DNA of 64,000 bases from Thalia democratica (taxonomy: Eukaryota): positions 35,340,001 through 35,404,000 of the forward strand of contig OZ241834.1 in assembly GCA_965202585.1 (NCBI GenBank), written 5' to 3'. Numbering within the stretch: the first letter of the stretch is position 1; the number at the start of each line of letters is the position of its first letter. The notes beneath the pieces were generated by a model. The model was not told the origin of the DNA, searched no databases, and saw only the letters and a list, made by a program, of their open reading frames with translations. This document shows positions 23,141 through 36,271 of the stretch, in pieces. Both the position numbers and the translations under genes were made by a program.

Positions 23141-25565
23141 AACGTTTATTTTTATATAATTTATAAACATAAGTTATGCAATATATTTCGATTCATGTAA
23201 ATATAAAAAAAAGTTTTCTGTTATGAGGTTAACTTGTTGTAAAGCTAGTTTTGATTATTTTCTTATTACCTACTTATCTTAGTATGTTTCTCAACAGAAA
23301 AATTTTAAGCACAAAGTAATAATTTGGTATATACATAAACATTGGTTATAAACTCAACTGTAAAACTATTTTTAGTTTTTAACAAATATTTTGCACATAA
23401 TTACACCGAACAAGAATGTAATTCATAAAACCTTTTAACTATGATACATTATTACTTAACAAAGACTGATCGCTCATTTTGAACTCAATAAGCTTTTTAC
23501 GACACCAAAAGTTTTCATTTTCACTATGATCAAGTGCTTCAAAAAATATTTTTCTTGAAAATGTGTTTCTAACTCAACTTGATTTTAAGTCGAAACAAAT
23601 TTTAGTTTGTTCACCAATTATTTCTAACATACAAGAGTTATTTGAATTAGTTGGAACTTATGATTAAGTTACAAGTTTAAAATTAATACTTAGCACATTT
23701 CAATTCTTGATTTTGTTTACAAAAACTTTTTATACAACTTATAAGTATTATAAAAAAAAACTTAATCTTAATCAATTGTTTAAAACTAATTAAACTTTTA
23801 ACAGTCTTAAACGGGACAAACTTTTGAAAATTTTTAAATACAAATTAATTTTTGTATTAGAACCTATTTTGCATTTGTATTAAAACTTATTGCATGCAGT
23901 CATCAGTGTTTAAAGCACATGCCTTACATAAGCTTTATTAAAACAACATTTTTGAAAAAAAAATGTAAAAGATAATTTTAGACCATAATAGTTGAAAGCT
24001 TATTTGCATTGTTTTTAAGCTAGAAGCACGTTTTAAGTGCTTGTCTTGCATAAGTAATAAGTTTCAGTAAAGTAAAAAACAACAATCTTGAGTATAATAT
24101 AAGTTTTTTGATGACTGTTTAAAAACAACTTATGCACACAATGTACACTTTGTATTACTAATTAATAACAATTAAAACTTGCTTATGTATTGAATACTTT
24201 TTGTGTAATGTTATAATTTTTGTTGTATATTACATTTTAAATCTTTATCTTACTTAAAATACATTGATAGAACATTGCACTGTTTATATATTTTTATTAT
24301 ACTGAACTTTTTTCAAACTTAAACTTTAATTTAAAAAACTTAAAAAAAAACAGTAGTCAACTTTTAAAAGCTGCATACTTCCTAAATAAAAAACTTTATA
24401 TCATTGTTATTTCATTGTATTAAACTGACTTTTACTGTACTAAAAAAAATCTATTTAAACACAACTTAAAATTTTGACTTACACATACCTTCTTATATCA
24501 GAATAATAAAACACATTATCAATATTTCGAACTATCAGAAGCCGTATTATAAATTCAAATTGTTGCCACGCCTGGAACTCATAAATAATTGTAAACAACC
24601 AGCTATTTCGTAATAACATTGATTTTCTCGATAGTATAAAGAATTTGGCATCAACACAAGGATTATATTGAGAAAAATATTATTAATCGAATGCAAAATA
24701 TTTGATACTTTGCACATGGTTTTGAGTTTCAAAATGAACAATAATACCACAAAAATGTTTCATTTTTTAGTTTAGCAAATATCTATAAATTTTTGAGTTT
24801 GAATAAAAAAAATATCTTTTTTTTTTAATGCAAAAAAGTTTAGAAACTTACTTAATTAATTTTCAATGAGAAATAAATTTTAAATTACAAATTTCTGCAT
24901 TCATAGTTGTTAATAATCTCAATCAAATCAATTTAAATTTTAAAAATATTCTGCAGTTAATTGATTAAAACATTTTTTCTTGTCGTACTAGTATGTTCAT
25001 AAAAATGGTTTGTAGTATTATTTTAAATTTTAGTTCTAGTTTCACTAAAAAAGGTTGTAGAATAACAAACTTTTTTATAAAAACTTGTACAAACTGAAAC
25101 CTGACTAAAAAATTTGAAAATAAATGTTTCTAGCAAACTTTTCATTAGTAAGTAGAACATATTATGACGTAACAAACCACCAAAACTTCATGGCTTTTGC
25201 ACCCATTTGCAAAAACAATTTATAAAAAATTTAAATAGTTGTGCAAAATAAAAAGCTATGGCATAAAAAGCTTACCAGTTAAAAACAATAAATTTTAAAC
25301 TTTTAAATTAAGGCAACGTTGACATATACTTGTATGAGTTTTACATAAATGATTAGTTTAATTTTTAACAATTGACACTTTGACTTGTAACACTAAAATA
25401 ATTTTATTGGTTGTTAGTCTTATACTTTTTCAAACTTGGTCAACTTTTTACTGTAATTTATTAATTATAGTTTGAAGCAACTCAATTTCAAAGCAAGTTC
25501 AATTTCGAGCAAAAAACTTTTATCGAGGTTGCAATTGTATCAAATACATTAATAATAAATATTAC

Positions 25566-25707
25566 CTTCTACATCAGACACTATTATCATCTGGGGCTGA
25601 GATTGTTCCTCAGATATTTTGTAGAACTGAATAGTTCTGTTGTAAGACAGAAATCCGATCATTGTTCGCTTGTCACCAGGTAGCTTGTCCAAGTTTTCAA
25701 TTAAGCT
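25566..25707 (-). CDS. SEC24: SEC24 exon 9 (SLIENLDKLPGDKRTMIGFLSY...QPQMIIVSDVE)
   Basis: Trunk-domain motif LPG..RT.IGF; canonical splice sites, phase 0 to 1. Confidence 0.93.
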
Positions 25708-26703
25708 CTGTGATATAAAAATATTGAGTTAAATAATGATCAAATAAATATGTTAACTTTATCTGAGCGTACAACTATGTAATATAAAAACACATGTAAA
25801 TAATGTTTACAACAAAAAAAAACATAATTTTTTCAAGTTTTTAATTAGGCTCTATGATTAAGATATGATTTTAATAATGTTTACAATTAATATACAGAAA
25901 CTTGTCGAAAAAAAAAATTTGTCTTCTTATATGATTTGTAAAGCTTATCATTGTTTAAATAGTTAAAACAACTTGGTCACTAAAGATCTGTTTTGAATGA
26001 CATATTTTATATGAAGTATTAAGAATAACAAATTTTCTTAGCCTAACAGAATTTAAATTCTTGATTTTTTATATTATGATTTGTTATTAAAAAAAAAATG
26101 AAATTTTAACTATAAAAACAATGAAAAAAACATACAATGTTTACTATAATGATTTATTTGTAAAACTAGATCATGTTTTACTACAAAATAAAACTTTGTA
26201 AATTTTATGTACTCAAAAATTTTCATAACTTTTAAAAGTTTTAATTTACTTTTTTTAGTTATTAACAGGAAACTAGGCTTTAACACACTTTCTTACTCAT
26301 TAAATTTCCGGATATTCACAATACTTTGTTAAAATAAACTTTCAATTATTTGATTTTATAATTCAATACAAAATGGTTCTTAGTCATCATATAACTTATG
26401 GTTTTTTCATTAACAAACACTGCTACTTTCGTAAATATTTTAAAATAAGTGTAAAAGTGTTTCAAATTTTAAAACTATAAAACCAGAATAAGATAAACTA
26501 AATTTTATAAGCACCAAATATATAAAACTAACCAACTTTTAGTTCAACATACTATTTTGGTAAATACTCTTTTAATTTTAAAAAACTATTTTAATTTCAA
26601 AACTATAAAACCACATTAAAATAAATTAATATTTTACTATAAGGTGCCTTATAAGCATCCAATATATATATGTAAAATAATAAACAACAAACAATTTACG
26701 AAC

Positions 26704-26810
26704 CTGGCAAACAATTTCGAGGTACCCGGTTTCAACTGCTGAATGTGAAACGTCCAACAAAATCAGGTATACGGCCGGTTGTGGAGGTCTCAACATGTAC
26801 TCTTGTGGGG
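26704..26810 (-). CDS. SEC24: SEC24 exon 8 ([35 protein letters not shown])
   Basis: Hallmark [10 protein letters not shown]...DVS motif; tttctag acceptor, CAG|GTTCGT donor. Confidence 0.95.
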
Positions 26811-28170
26811 CTAGAAATAGAATAAGTTATATATTATATTGATTCTATACTAGTTTTAACAACAAAATCAGGTATACGGCCGGTTGTGGAGGTCTCAACA
26901 TGTACTCTTGTGGGGCTAGAAATAGAATAAGTTATATATTATATTGATTCTATACTAGTTTTAACAACAAAATCAGATATACGGCCGGTTGAGGAGGTCT
27001 CAACATGTACTCTTGTGGTGCTGTGAGTAGAATAAGTTATATATTATATTGATTCTATACTAGTTTTAACAACAAAATCAGGTATACGGCCGGTTGTGGA
27101 GGTCTCAACATGTACTCTTGTGGGGCTAGAAATAGAATAAGTTATACATTATATTGATTCTATACTAGTTTTAACAACAAAATCAGGTATACGGCCGGTT
27201 GAGGTGGCCTCAACATGTACTCTTGTGGTGCTAAAAATAGAATAAGTTATATATTATATTGATTCTATACTAGTTTTAACAACAAAATCAGGTATACGGC
27301 CGGTTGAGGTGGTCTCAACATGTACTCTTGTGGAGCTAAAAATAGAATAAGTTATATATTATATTGATTCTATACTAGTTTTAACAACAAAATCAGGTAT
27401 ACGGCCGGTTGAGGTGGTCTCAACATGTACTCTTGTGGAGCTAAAAATAGAATAAGTTATATATTATATTGATTCTATACTAGTTTTAACAACAAAATCA
27501 GGTATACGGCCGGTTGTGGAGGTCTCAACATGTACTCTTGTGGAGCTAAAAATAGAATAAGTTATATATTATATTGATTCTATACTAGTTTTAACAACAA
27601 AATCAGGTATACGGCCGGTTGTGGAGGTCTCAACATGTACTCTTGTGGAGCTAAAAATAGAATAAGTTATATATTATATTGATTCTATACTAGTTTTAAC
27701 AACAAAATCAGGTATACGGCCGGTTGTGGAGGTCTCAACATGTACTCTTGTGGAGCTAAAAATAGAATAAGTTATATATTATATTGATTCTATACTAGTT
27801 TTAACAACAAAATCAGGTATACGGCCGGTTGAGGTGGTCTCAACATGTACTCTTGTGGAGCTAAAAATAGAATAAGTTATATATTATATTGATTCTATAC
27901 TAGTTTTAACAACAAAATCAGGTATACGGCCGGTTGAGGTGGTCTCAACATGTACTCTTGTGGAGCTAAAAATAGAATAAGTTATATATTATATTGATTC
28001 TATACTAGTTTTAACAACAAAATCAGGTATACGGCCGGTTGAGGTGGTCTCAACATGTACTCTTGTGGTGCTGTGAATAGAATAAGTTATATATTATATT
28101 GATTCTATACTAGTTTTAACAACAAAATCAGGTATACGGCCGGTTGTGGTGGTCTCAACATGTACTCTTG
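26811..28170 (-). repeat. Tandem array, 105-bp unit, 13 copies, made of the acceptor plus SEC24 exon 8 5' end
   Basis: Unit reads AG|(A)[18 protein letters not shown]; period taken from 26811 vs 26916; two decayed copies at about 28215-28380. Confidence 0.97.
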
Positions 28171-31100
28171 TGGTGCTGTGAGTGAAAACAATGATTATAA
28201 TTATTTGTATTAATTATTCAGCAAAATTAGACATATCTGGTTGAGGGTAACTTAACATATATTCTTGTGAAGCTAAAAATAAGTTGTACACTATAGTCAT
28301 TTTATACTAGTTTTAACAATAAAGTACGGTATATAAATGTTGCAGTGGTCTTAACAAGTATTCCTGTGGAGCTGCTAGACAAACTAAATTACAATTTAAT
28401 TTTAAAGGTAAATTAGCAAAATACAAAATACAAGCTACTATTATAATACCATTAAAATGATAAACCACTTGCCATTGAAATTAGTTTGAGAAAAATTTAC
28501 GTTGCAAAGGTCCTTAGTATTCAAAAACTGCCGTACTTTATAAAAGGTATTGAAGACGTTTCAAAAATTATATTTTATTAAAACTTCACGATTAAAATTT
28601 TATAACAAAAAAAATCACACAGAGAGAAGTTTAAAACAAAGAAAATTAATTATTGTTTCTACTTTTTTATACCAATAATGCGTTTTTGTGCAAAATCTAA
28701 AATTTAATTACACTGATTTATAATCTATACAAGATAGAAAAAAAGTATACAGTATATTTTACAATGTGTTGTAAGCTTTTGACAAGTAGGTATATAACAG
28801 GAAATTATTAAAAGCAAAATTTCATTACTATACAACAAGCTGAATTGCTTAGAAAATTAGTTTAAAAACGTTAAAATGAGTAAACCAAGATACGTTGAAT
28901 TTTACCATTTAGTTAATAAATTACTATTTTTGATCATTTTAAAATTGGTATTGAATTTGTTTGTCGTACTTTAATGTTTATTGAAAAAAAAGCCAAAGAG
29001 CAAACATTACAAAAGCAAATATTTTGTTTTTTGAAATTTATTAGCTTTTTCAAATAACAAACTTTTACACTTTAAAACTCAACGTTTAAAATTCTTGTTC
29101 GTAAAACCACTTACAATTTCATGTAAACTTACAATTTCATGTAAACTATTTGGTATTTTGCATGATAACGGTTTTTCTGCTTCAATTAACCGAAAACAAC
29201 ATCATTTCCCCAGAGAGCAAATTGAAAACACTCCAGGTAAATTTACGAAGCAAATAAATAAGAATGAAAATAGATGATTTAAAATATAAGATGCAAAAAC
29301 TATTGGAAATTAACATTAACAAAAAAACATTTTTATTTATTAGGTCTATTTCATAGAATGTTTAAAAAGTAAATAAATAAGAATGAAAATAGATGATTAA
29401 AAATATAAGATGCAGACAAAATGATTGGAAATTTCTTTAACAACAGAAAACATTTTTTCAATGTATAAGGGCTATTCCGTGAAATACTTTTTTTAGCGTT
29501 GCTTTATAGCACTAAGTCACTATTTATCCAGGTAAATATACAAAGTAAATAAATAAGAGTGAAAAATAAGTAGCTAAAATGATATTTCAAAGATAAAATG
29601 TACAGTATAGAGGTGCAAATATTATTTTAATAAAATGCAAAATTTCAAGAACATTATTTCATTTAACATAACTACTTTTTAAGTTGCTTAATAGCACAAA
29701 GTCACTATTTATAGTAATTGATAATCAAACACACTAAAAGTTTATTTACTTTAATTACACGAAATTGTAATTAAAGTAAATAAATAACAAAAAAATAAAA
29801 TAAAAAGTTAAAATTAAGTTGTTTAAATAAAAGATGCAGAAAAATTAATTGAAAATATTTTTTAACAACTTTTTTTTAAGTATCAAAACTACTCCATGTA
29901 ATTTATAATTTTAAACTGCTTAACAGTACAAAGTCATTATTTACTGTAATTTATAAGTAAACACACCATAAGTAAATAATCAAAGTAAATAAACAACAAA
30001 ACAGAAACGTCATGGTTAACAAGTGCTTACATATACACGTCATAATAACTCAGTTGTGAGAAATTAATTTACTGGAAAATTGCATTGACAAGTATAGTAA
30101 ACAACTCATGAAAACACTGTTTTTTTACAAAAAAATACATTTAATAGTACAAAATTATTATACTTATGATAATTGTACTTCGGATAAAATAAGATTAACA
30201 AACAATTTTTTTTAAATGATACTAATTAATATTGTGGGAAATTATATTGAAAAATTTCCCATTGAAGTAGTCAACAATTGATGAAAATCAATATGTTTTT
30301 GTGTGAATAAAAATATAATATAAGGGTAAAATAATTTATCGTCATAATACTTCAAACGATATCAATGAATTAACTGTTTGCAACATCATTGAATTTTTTT
30401 TTTTTGAATTTTTGTGCAGCAGACGATTCATAAAAATCAATTTATAAAGTGGAATTAAATAAAAATTAATTATTGACCTTGTATACTCAAATGTTTTTTT
30501 TGGGTAAATATGATACTTTAAATGTGTTTTAAAGAATAAATTAAAGTTTTATGTGAAAATATAAAAAGGTTCATTGGAATAAAGGTTCCAAATATAAACT
30601 TGATAGTATGTTTTTCTTTCAAATCACAAAATAACAGTAAATTATTTATATATATATATATATATTGTGATTAAAATCGTTATCTTTGATAAACAAAAAT
30701 ATTTAAATACAAACATCAAACTTGTCATAATATATGCATGAGATCTTCAAGCGCATGAAACTTGAAGATCAAATTTTAAAGAAAAGCAACCTTTTAAAAG
30801 CAACTTTTTTAAAGCAAGATTTTAAAGTGTATGTTTTTAATATACAACAATCCATGAAATACTTAAAGCCGAATTAGGCGCAATAACAAAATAATATGAA
30901 ATAGAGTTTTTTTTGATTAAAACAAACTTTTAAACAAGTATGCTTTATTATAATTTTAACTTTAATAAAATAAATTCTATTTTAGAGTGCGTATTCAATT
31001 TTAAAAGTTTCCAAAAAACACTTGAAATCGAATTAAGCGCTTACCACACATACGAAAGCATATGGAATACACAAAAAATTATATGCGAGCGCAAATGTGT

Positions 31101-32669
31101 TGCGTAAGATACTCGCTTCTCATTGGCTTAAAACTTCGTCACGCTTCGGTAATCAGACACGTTGATTTTACTTGAAACTTAAAAACGAGAGAATTAAAAG
31201 TTTTTTCTTTTTTCAAAATTTCGAGAGAATGAGTTTTTGAACGTTGGACTTTTGGTTCGGCCGAATTTTTGATGAAATTTCATGAGTAATTCGATACTCA
31301 TTACTATTTGTAATAAAAATAAATCAACAAGCTTGAAAGAAGAAAAACCCAAACTTAAAAAAACAATAAAAATTTTCAATAAAACTTACTGAAAATTTAA
31401 AAATATATTAAACTTATCAAAAACTACAATGGGTATAAACATTTATATCGAAACAATATGAGTAACTTGATATTGTAATAGAAGTTAAGTAGCATGAATT
31501 TTTATAAAATTACTCAACCAGAAATTGAAATATAATTTATTAATAATTTTTAAGAATATAAATGGTTTTAACGAAAGTGATCATTCAAGTAAAATATTAA
31601 AAAAAGTCAAAATTCATGATAAATAAGTAATTAAATAAAATATTATATAAGTATTTTGATAGTAATAAAAGTCAAGTTCTTATAATTTTGTCAACTATTT
31701 ACTAACAAAACTCACCGCAAAATTTTTAAAATTAAAATGTTTCGTATAAAATTCATTTTTACAAATTTATCGTTCAAATGAATTAATAACTTAAAATATG
31801 TAAAAAAAAAGTAATTAATTGCAAACTATTAACAAATTTTAAGTTAAAATGTACTACATTTACAAAAAAAATCGACATTCCGAACTAACAAAAGAATTTT
31901 AATCAATAGAACAATATTCAAAACAGGTTAGGAATTTATGAATGAAAAGCAGACAATAACAAAAATATTTTGAATTTTATAAAATGAAGAAAAATAAACG
32001 TAATAAGTAATAAATCAATAAAAATAAGTATTTTTGAAAAGAAGCTAAAAACTTTTATTTAATTTAACTTTAAAGTGGGTTTAAGCAAACAACTAATTAT
32101 CATTAAAAGCATCATGACTTGTTTTAAAAAAAAAACTCAGATTAGAAAATTATAAAAGCTTTAAAAAATGCATTTATTTGTTTGGTTTTTAATTGTCTTT
32201 GTATAATTTTTATAGCTTTAAATAATAATTTTATACTCTTACCTTACTTTTTTTAGTTATATATAAAACGTAAATTAATACAAACAAAAACTGATAAATA
32301 CTTTTATACTTAATCAGATTGTTTTTTATATGTTTATACATTTTTAAATAAAAAGTTCAATAAAAATGGTGTATTCATTAGGAAAAGATTATAGAATATT
32401 ATAAATGATAAAACTTTTCATATATTATCCATAATAGCGTTAATGCAACAGGTGTTTCGAACCCTGAACATCTTTACCCAATTCACTGTATACAAGACAT
32501 GAATTTAATCCAAAAACTATAACAGTAATAAAAAAGTGAAAAAAATCAATAAATATCAACTTAAAGGCTCCAACAACACGCCTAAATAACCAATAAAATC
32601 ACCTAAATCACTATTAAAATCACTAAACAAACGACAACCTGACACACTTAGTTGTGCTACATACTGTAC

Positions 32670-33382
32670 CAGTTAATCCAGTGGTGGATATGGCATACTC
32701 AGATATTGCATGGGGCTCCCTAAACGTCTTTGTAACCAGTAAAAACTCATTTAACTCTAAAAAACAATTTACCAATTAACTCAACCGTACTATTCGTGCA
32801 CTCTAACCTTGTATGAGACGCTCTAAACCCAGTAGCCCACAAAACTCATCAACTCCAATAAAACCCCTTAATTTAAAATAAAAACAATTATTCTAACCGA
32901 TAAACTCGATAGTCGAATTCGTGCACTCGGGCCTAGTGTGAGGCTCCCCATACATTTTAGTAACTCAAAAAACCCTTTACCCAATAAAACCTCTTAACAG
33001 CATCAAAAACTACTAACCAATAAACTCGATGGCCGAATTCGTGCACTCTGGCCTGGTGTGAGGCTCCCCATACGTTCTAGTAACTCAAAAAATCCCCTAA
33101 AACCCATAAAACCTCTTAACAGCATCAAAAACAACCAACCGATAAACTCGATAGTCGAATTCGTGCACTCGTGCCTTGTGTGAGGCTCCCCATACGTTCT
33201 AGTAACTCAAAAAATCCCCTTAATCCCATAAAACTTCCTAACAGCATCAAAAACAACTAACCGATAAACTCGATAGTTGAATTCGTGCACTCTGGCCTGG
33301 TGTGAGGCTCCCCATACGTTTTAGTAACTCAAAAATCCCCTTAATCCCATAAAACTTTTTAACAGCACCAAAAACAACTAAC
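32670..33382 (-). repeat. About 6 tandem ~120-bp copies of the SEC24 exon 7 3' end plus donor, decaying distally
   Basis: VT(K/R)TYGEPHTRPECTNSTIEFI|GTTAGT is recognisable in successive copies. Confidence 0.92.
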
Positions 33383-33583
33383 CAATGAACTCAATAGTCG
33401 AATTCGTGCACTCTGGCCTGGTGTGAGGCTCCCCGAACGTCTTGGTAACGGGGTGGTGCTGAAACTCTTCAGGGGTGTCGTTCAGCGAGTAGCAGATGTT
33501 GCACCTCCATTTCCTGCCGTTCTCGGTGAACGAAACAAAGGGGTTGATGTAGGTCCTGCAGCGGCGACACCTGGTGATGGTAC
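33383..33583 (-). CDS. SEC24: SEC24 exon 7, zinc finger (TITRCRRCRTYINPFV...WRCNICYSLN...GEPHTRPECTNSTIEFI)
   Basis: Sec23/24 CxxC...CxxC zinc finger; ccttcag acceptor, G|GTTAGT donor. Confidence 0.95.
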
Positions 33584-34120
33584 CTGAAGGATACGCGTTT
33601 TGTCTGTTTGGAACTATTTACACGGAAAAATATTAAGTATAAACACTTTATGTAGTTGAATTGTTTTTAATTATTGAATTTTCTAATCAAATCATTTATT
33701 TCTAAGAATCGAGAAGGTTTAATTAGTTATTGTTGATAAACATGGGTATACTTAAAAACCTTCTACCTATTAATGCAATTGTTTAACAGATTTAATAATC
33801 TGGGAAGATAAGTGCATTCATTGACACAGGGGTCTGACTACACAGATATAAGAAATTCCCCTAAATAAACATACTTTTATCTGCAGTAATAACTGGAAAA
33901 AAAATAAAAAAAAATCCTTTAAAATATGTAGTTATATGGCATACGTATTTGTTCGTATTTAACCAATTCAAATAAGTACCTGCAGTAATTACAGGCAGTG
34001 GAATTATGAGATTTTAATTACAACATGCATATTTATAAGGCAGATGATTAATATTTTTTAAATACTCAAGTATCATTCAACTAAACAACACAGCAGTTGA
34101 GCTTCAATTCAAATAAATAC

Positions 34121-34245
34121 CTGCAGTGATAACTGGAAGGGAGCTGAGGTCCTTGAAAGGATGAATTACTAATCCGAATGGAAGTTTTACTTTCGTCAGT
34201 AACTTCTGAGTTGTTGGAATTGACTTCAATGTGCACCTCATCACA
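34121..34245 (-). CDS. SEC24: SEC24 exon 6 (VMRCTLKSIPTTQKLLTKVKLPFGLVIHPFKDLSSLPVITA)
   Basis: Conserved RCTL...KLP.GL..HPFKDL motif; canonical splice sites. Confidence 0.93.
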
Positions 34246-34483
34246 CTGTTTGGAAAATATTGATTAATTATTGAAAAGGTATATTAAATTAATACTATTT
34301 TTAGCAAATATAAGCACATTTAAATACAAATTTTCAAACGAAATATGAACCCTAATCATACTTTGATCCTTAATGTTTTACTTTCTTAGATAAAAGTTTA
34401 CCACTGTCGGTGGTCAAATTCAATTAAAAGTTCGAAAGTACTTTGTAATTTACACATAAACTATTTGCAAATAAAATACTAAC

Positions 34484-34599
34484 TCAGGATTACAGTTGGT
34501 CCTGTTTGGCGGAACCAGTCTGCTTCTGTCGTCATTTGCTGTTTCAAACGCAACTGGCAGCTCTCTTTCCTTCTTCTTTGGAAACACATCACAGTTGGC
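34484..34599 (-). CDS. SEC24: SEC24 exon 5 (ANCDVFPK...RTNCNP)
   Basis: ccttacag acceptor, GA|GTTAGT donor; NCNPD motif completed by the next exon. Confidence 0.85.
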
Positions 34600-34969
34600 C
34601 TGTAAGGTAATAAAAATATAAAACAAACGTATAAAACTTGTTTGCTTAATAATGTACCAAGAATATTTTGAAACTTTAAAATTTCTACATATCTACAATT
34701 GCTCAATAAAAACAAGGAAAATAAGAATCTTTATATAATAAACTTTAATATGCTCAACCAATTTTAACAATAAAGTTTATGAACCAAATCAAGATAAAAC
34801 TATTAAACAATGTTTCAAGGTTTCATATAAAAAATTATAAGTGTTTTACTCATTCAGTAACAAACACACTAAATGAGTAAGATTTACTAAATTTCAGGAC
34901 TGTGAAAGCACATAATTGTTAAATATTCAAAGATGCTCAAATAAAAAACTAATAACAAACTTCACACAC

Positions 34970-35052
34970 CTGACAGAGATTGATTGGTTGTTCTCTACCG
35001 AGACTCATGTTCATCATACCGTTGTTCATGTTGTTGTATCCAGGCGGGTATG
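34970..35052 (-). CDS. SEC24: SEC24 exon 4 (AYPPGYNNMNNGMMNMSLGREQPINLCQ)
   Basis: ttctacag acceptor, CAG|GTGTGT donor; PINL motif typical of SEC24. Confidence 0.85.
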
Positions 35053-35457
35053 CTGTAGAAAAATTATTATCAACTTTATTAACAGTAAAAACAAGTAAAA
35101 GCTTTAAACATACGCTGCGAAACAAGTTGTGTTAAACTTACTCACAAGGATTCTTAACTAGATTTACATAATGATCAAGTATGAATATATAAACACTAGT
35201 TAACATTTAATAAAAAAAAGAGGACAATTTAAGACTTTCTAATTTAATCTACAAATATTTGTTAGGCAATTCATTGATAGAATGGTTATGAAGTAAACTA
35301 GTTTTTAATGTTTATGTTATCAATATTCAAAACCTTATTTTTTTTAATGCAGATAGTTCACCTGACCTTAAGTATCATTATGATATTACAAACATATCCA
35401 TTGAGAATATATCAACTAGTATTCAACACTTTTGTTATTAATGCATAAATATTTTAC

Positions 35458-36271
35458 CTTGCTGCCTGCCATTAGGTCCAGGTGGCATGTGACCTCCATT
35501 GAAACCCGTCGGGCGTTGCTGACCTGGTTGGGGTGGGAACCCGGGATACTGCTGCCCTGGCAACGGAGGAGCGTTCTGTCCTGGCATGGGTGGCATCCCT
35601 GACATTGGAGGAGGTGGCACAGATTGTCCCTGCATGGGGGGAGCACCTAAATTCTGATTAGGCATTGGAGGACGTCCGTTGTTCTGGGGTGGCATGGGCC
35701 CGTTGCTTGGTGGTGGGGGTTTGACTTGTTGCCCTGGTAACGGAGGGTAAGACTGCCCTGGCATTGGAGGCATTCCTGGGCGCTGACCCATTGTTGGTGG
35801 CATTCCTGGATTTTGACCTAAAACTGGGGGAGCTCCAAACGCTTTGGGAGGAAGGTTTTGCTGTTGCCCTGGCAACGGTGGCATGTTTTGGGGTTTCTGC
35901 CCCATAGAAGTTGGTGGTGGGCCAAAACTGTTCTGTCCTGGTTGAGGTTGACCTGGCATTGGTGGCATTTTGCTTGGAAACCCACTTGGTGGTTGGCTTG
36001 TTGCCATGGGAGGCCTGGACTGGTTGCTAGGTGGGGCCCCGTAGCTTTGAGGCGGAAGTTGCTGTTGTTGAGGCATGGGTGAGTTTCTTGCTGGAGGGGT
36101 GGAGCTGTTGCTAGGTGGAAGCTTGTTGCTAGGCGGTCTTGACATCATTGGTGGGGCCCCAAAGTTGTTTAGTGGGGGGTTTTGTTGGGATGGTGGTCCA
36201 TTTTGTCTGGACAAACCGCTTGGATTCGGCTGGCCACTGGGAGGTGTCATGTTAGGTGGCCTGAAGCTTGC
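35458..36271 (-). CDS. SEC24: SEC24 exon 3, Pro/Gln/Gly/Met-rich disordered N-terminal region
   Basis: ORF 35438..36250; ttttacag acceptor at 36272, donor G|GTAAAA. Confidence 0.9.

Noticed and set aside
24480-24520. Possible decayed donor-side echo of exon 9 (ttctgatataagaag|gtatgt)
   Set aside because: Match is too short and about 1 kb from the exon; not distinguishable from chance in AT-rich DNA.
29230-30010. Two to three diverged AT-rich tandem duplications in intron 7, and similar ones at 50790-51650
   Set aside because: No exon-derived or structured content detected; treated as ordinary local duplications.
30742-30770. Perfect 10-bp hairpin GATCTTCAAG-n9-CTTGAAGATC
   Set aside because: No adjacent CTRR end or other Helitron or terminator context; a single short stem is plausible by chance.
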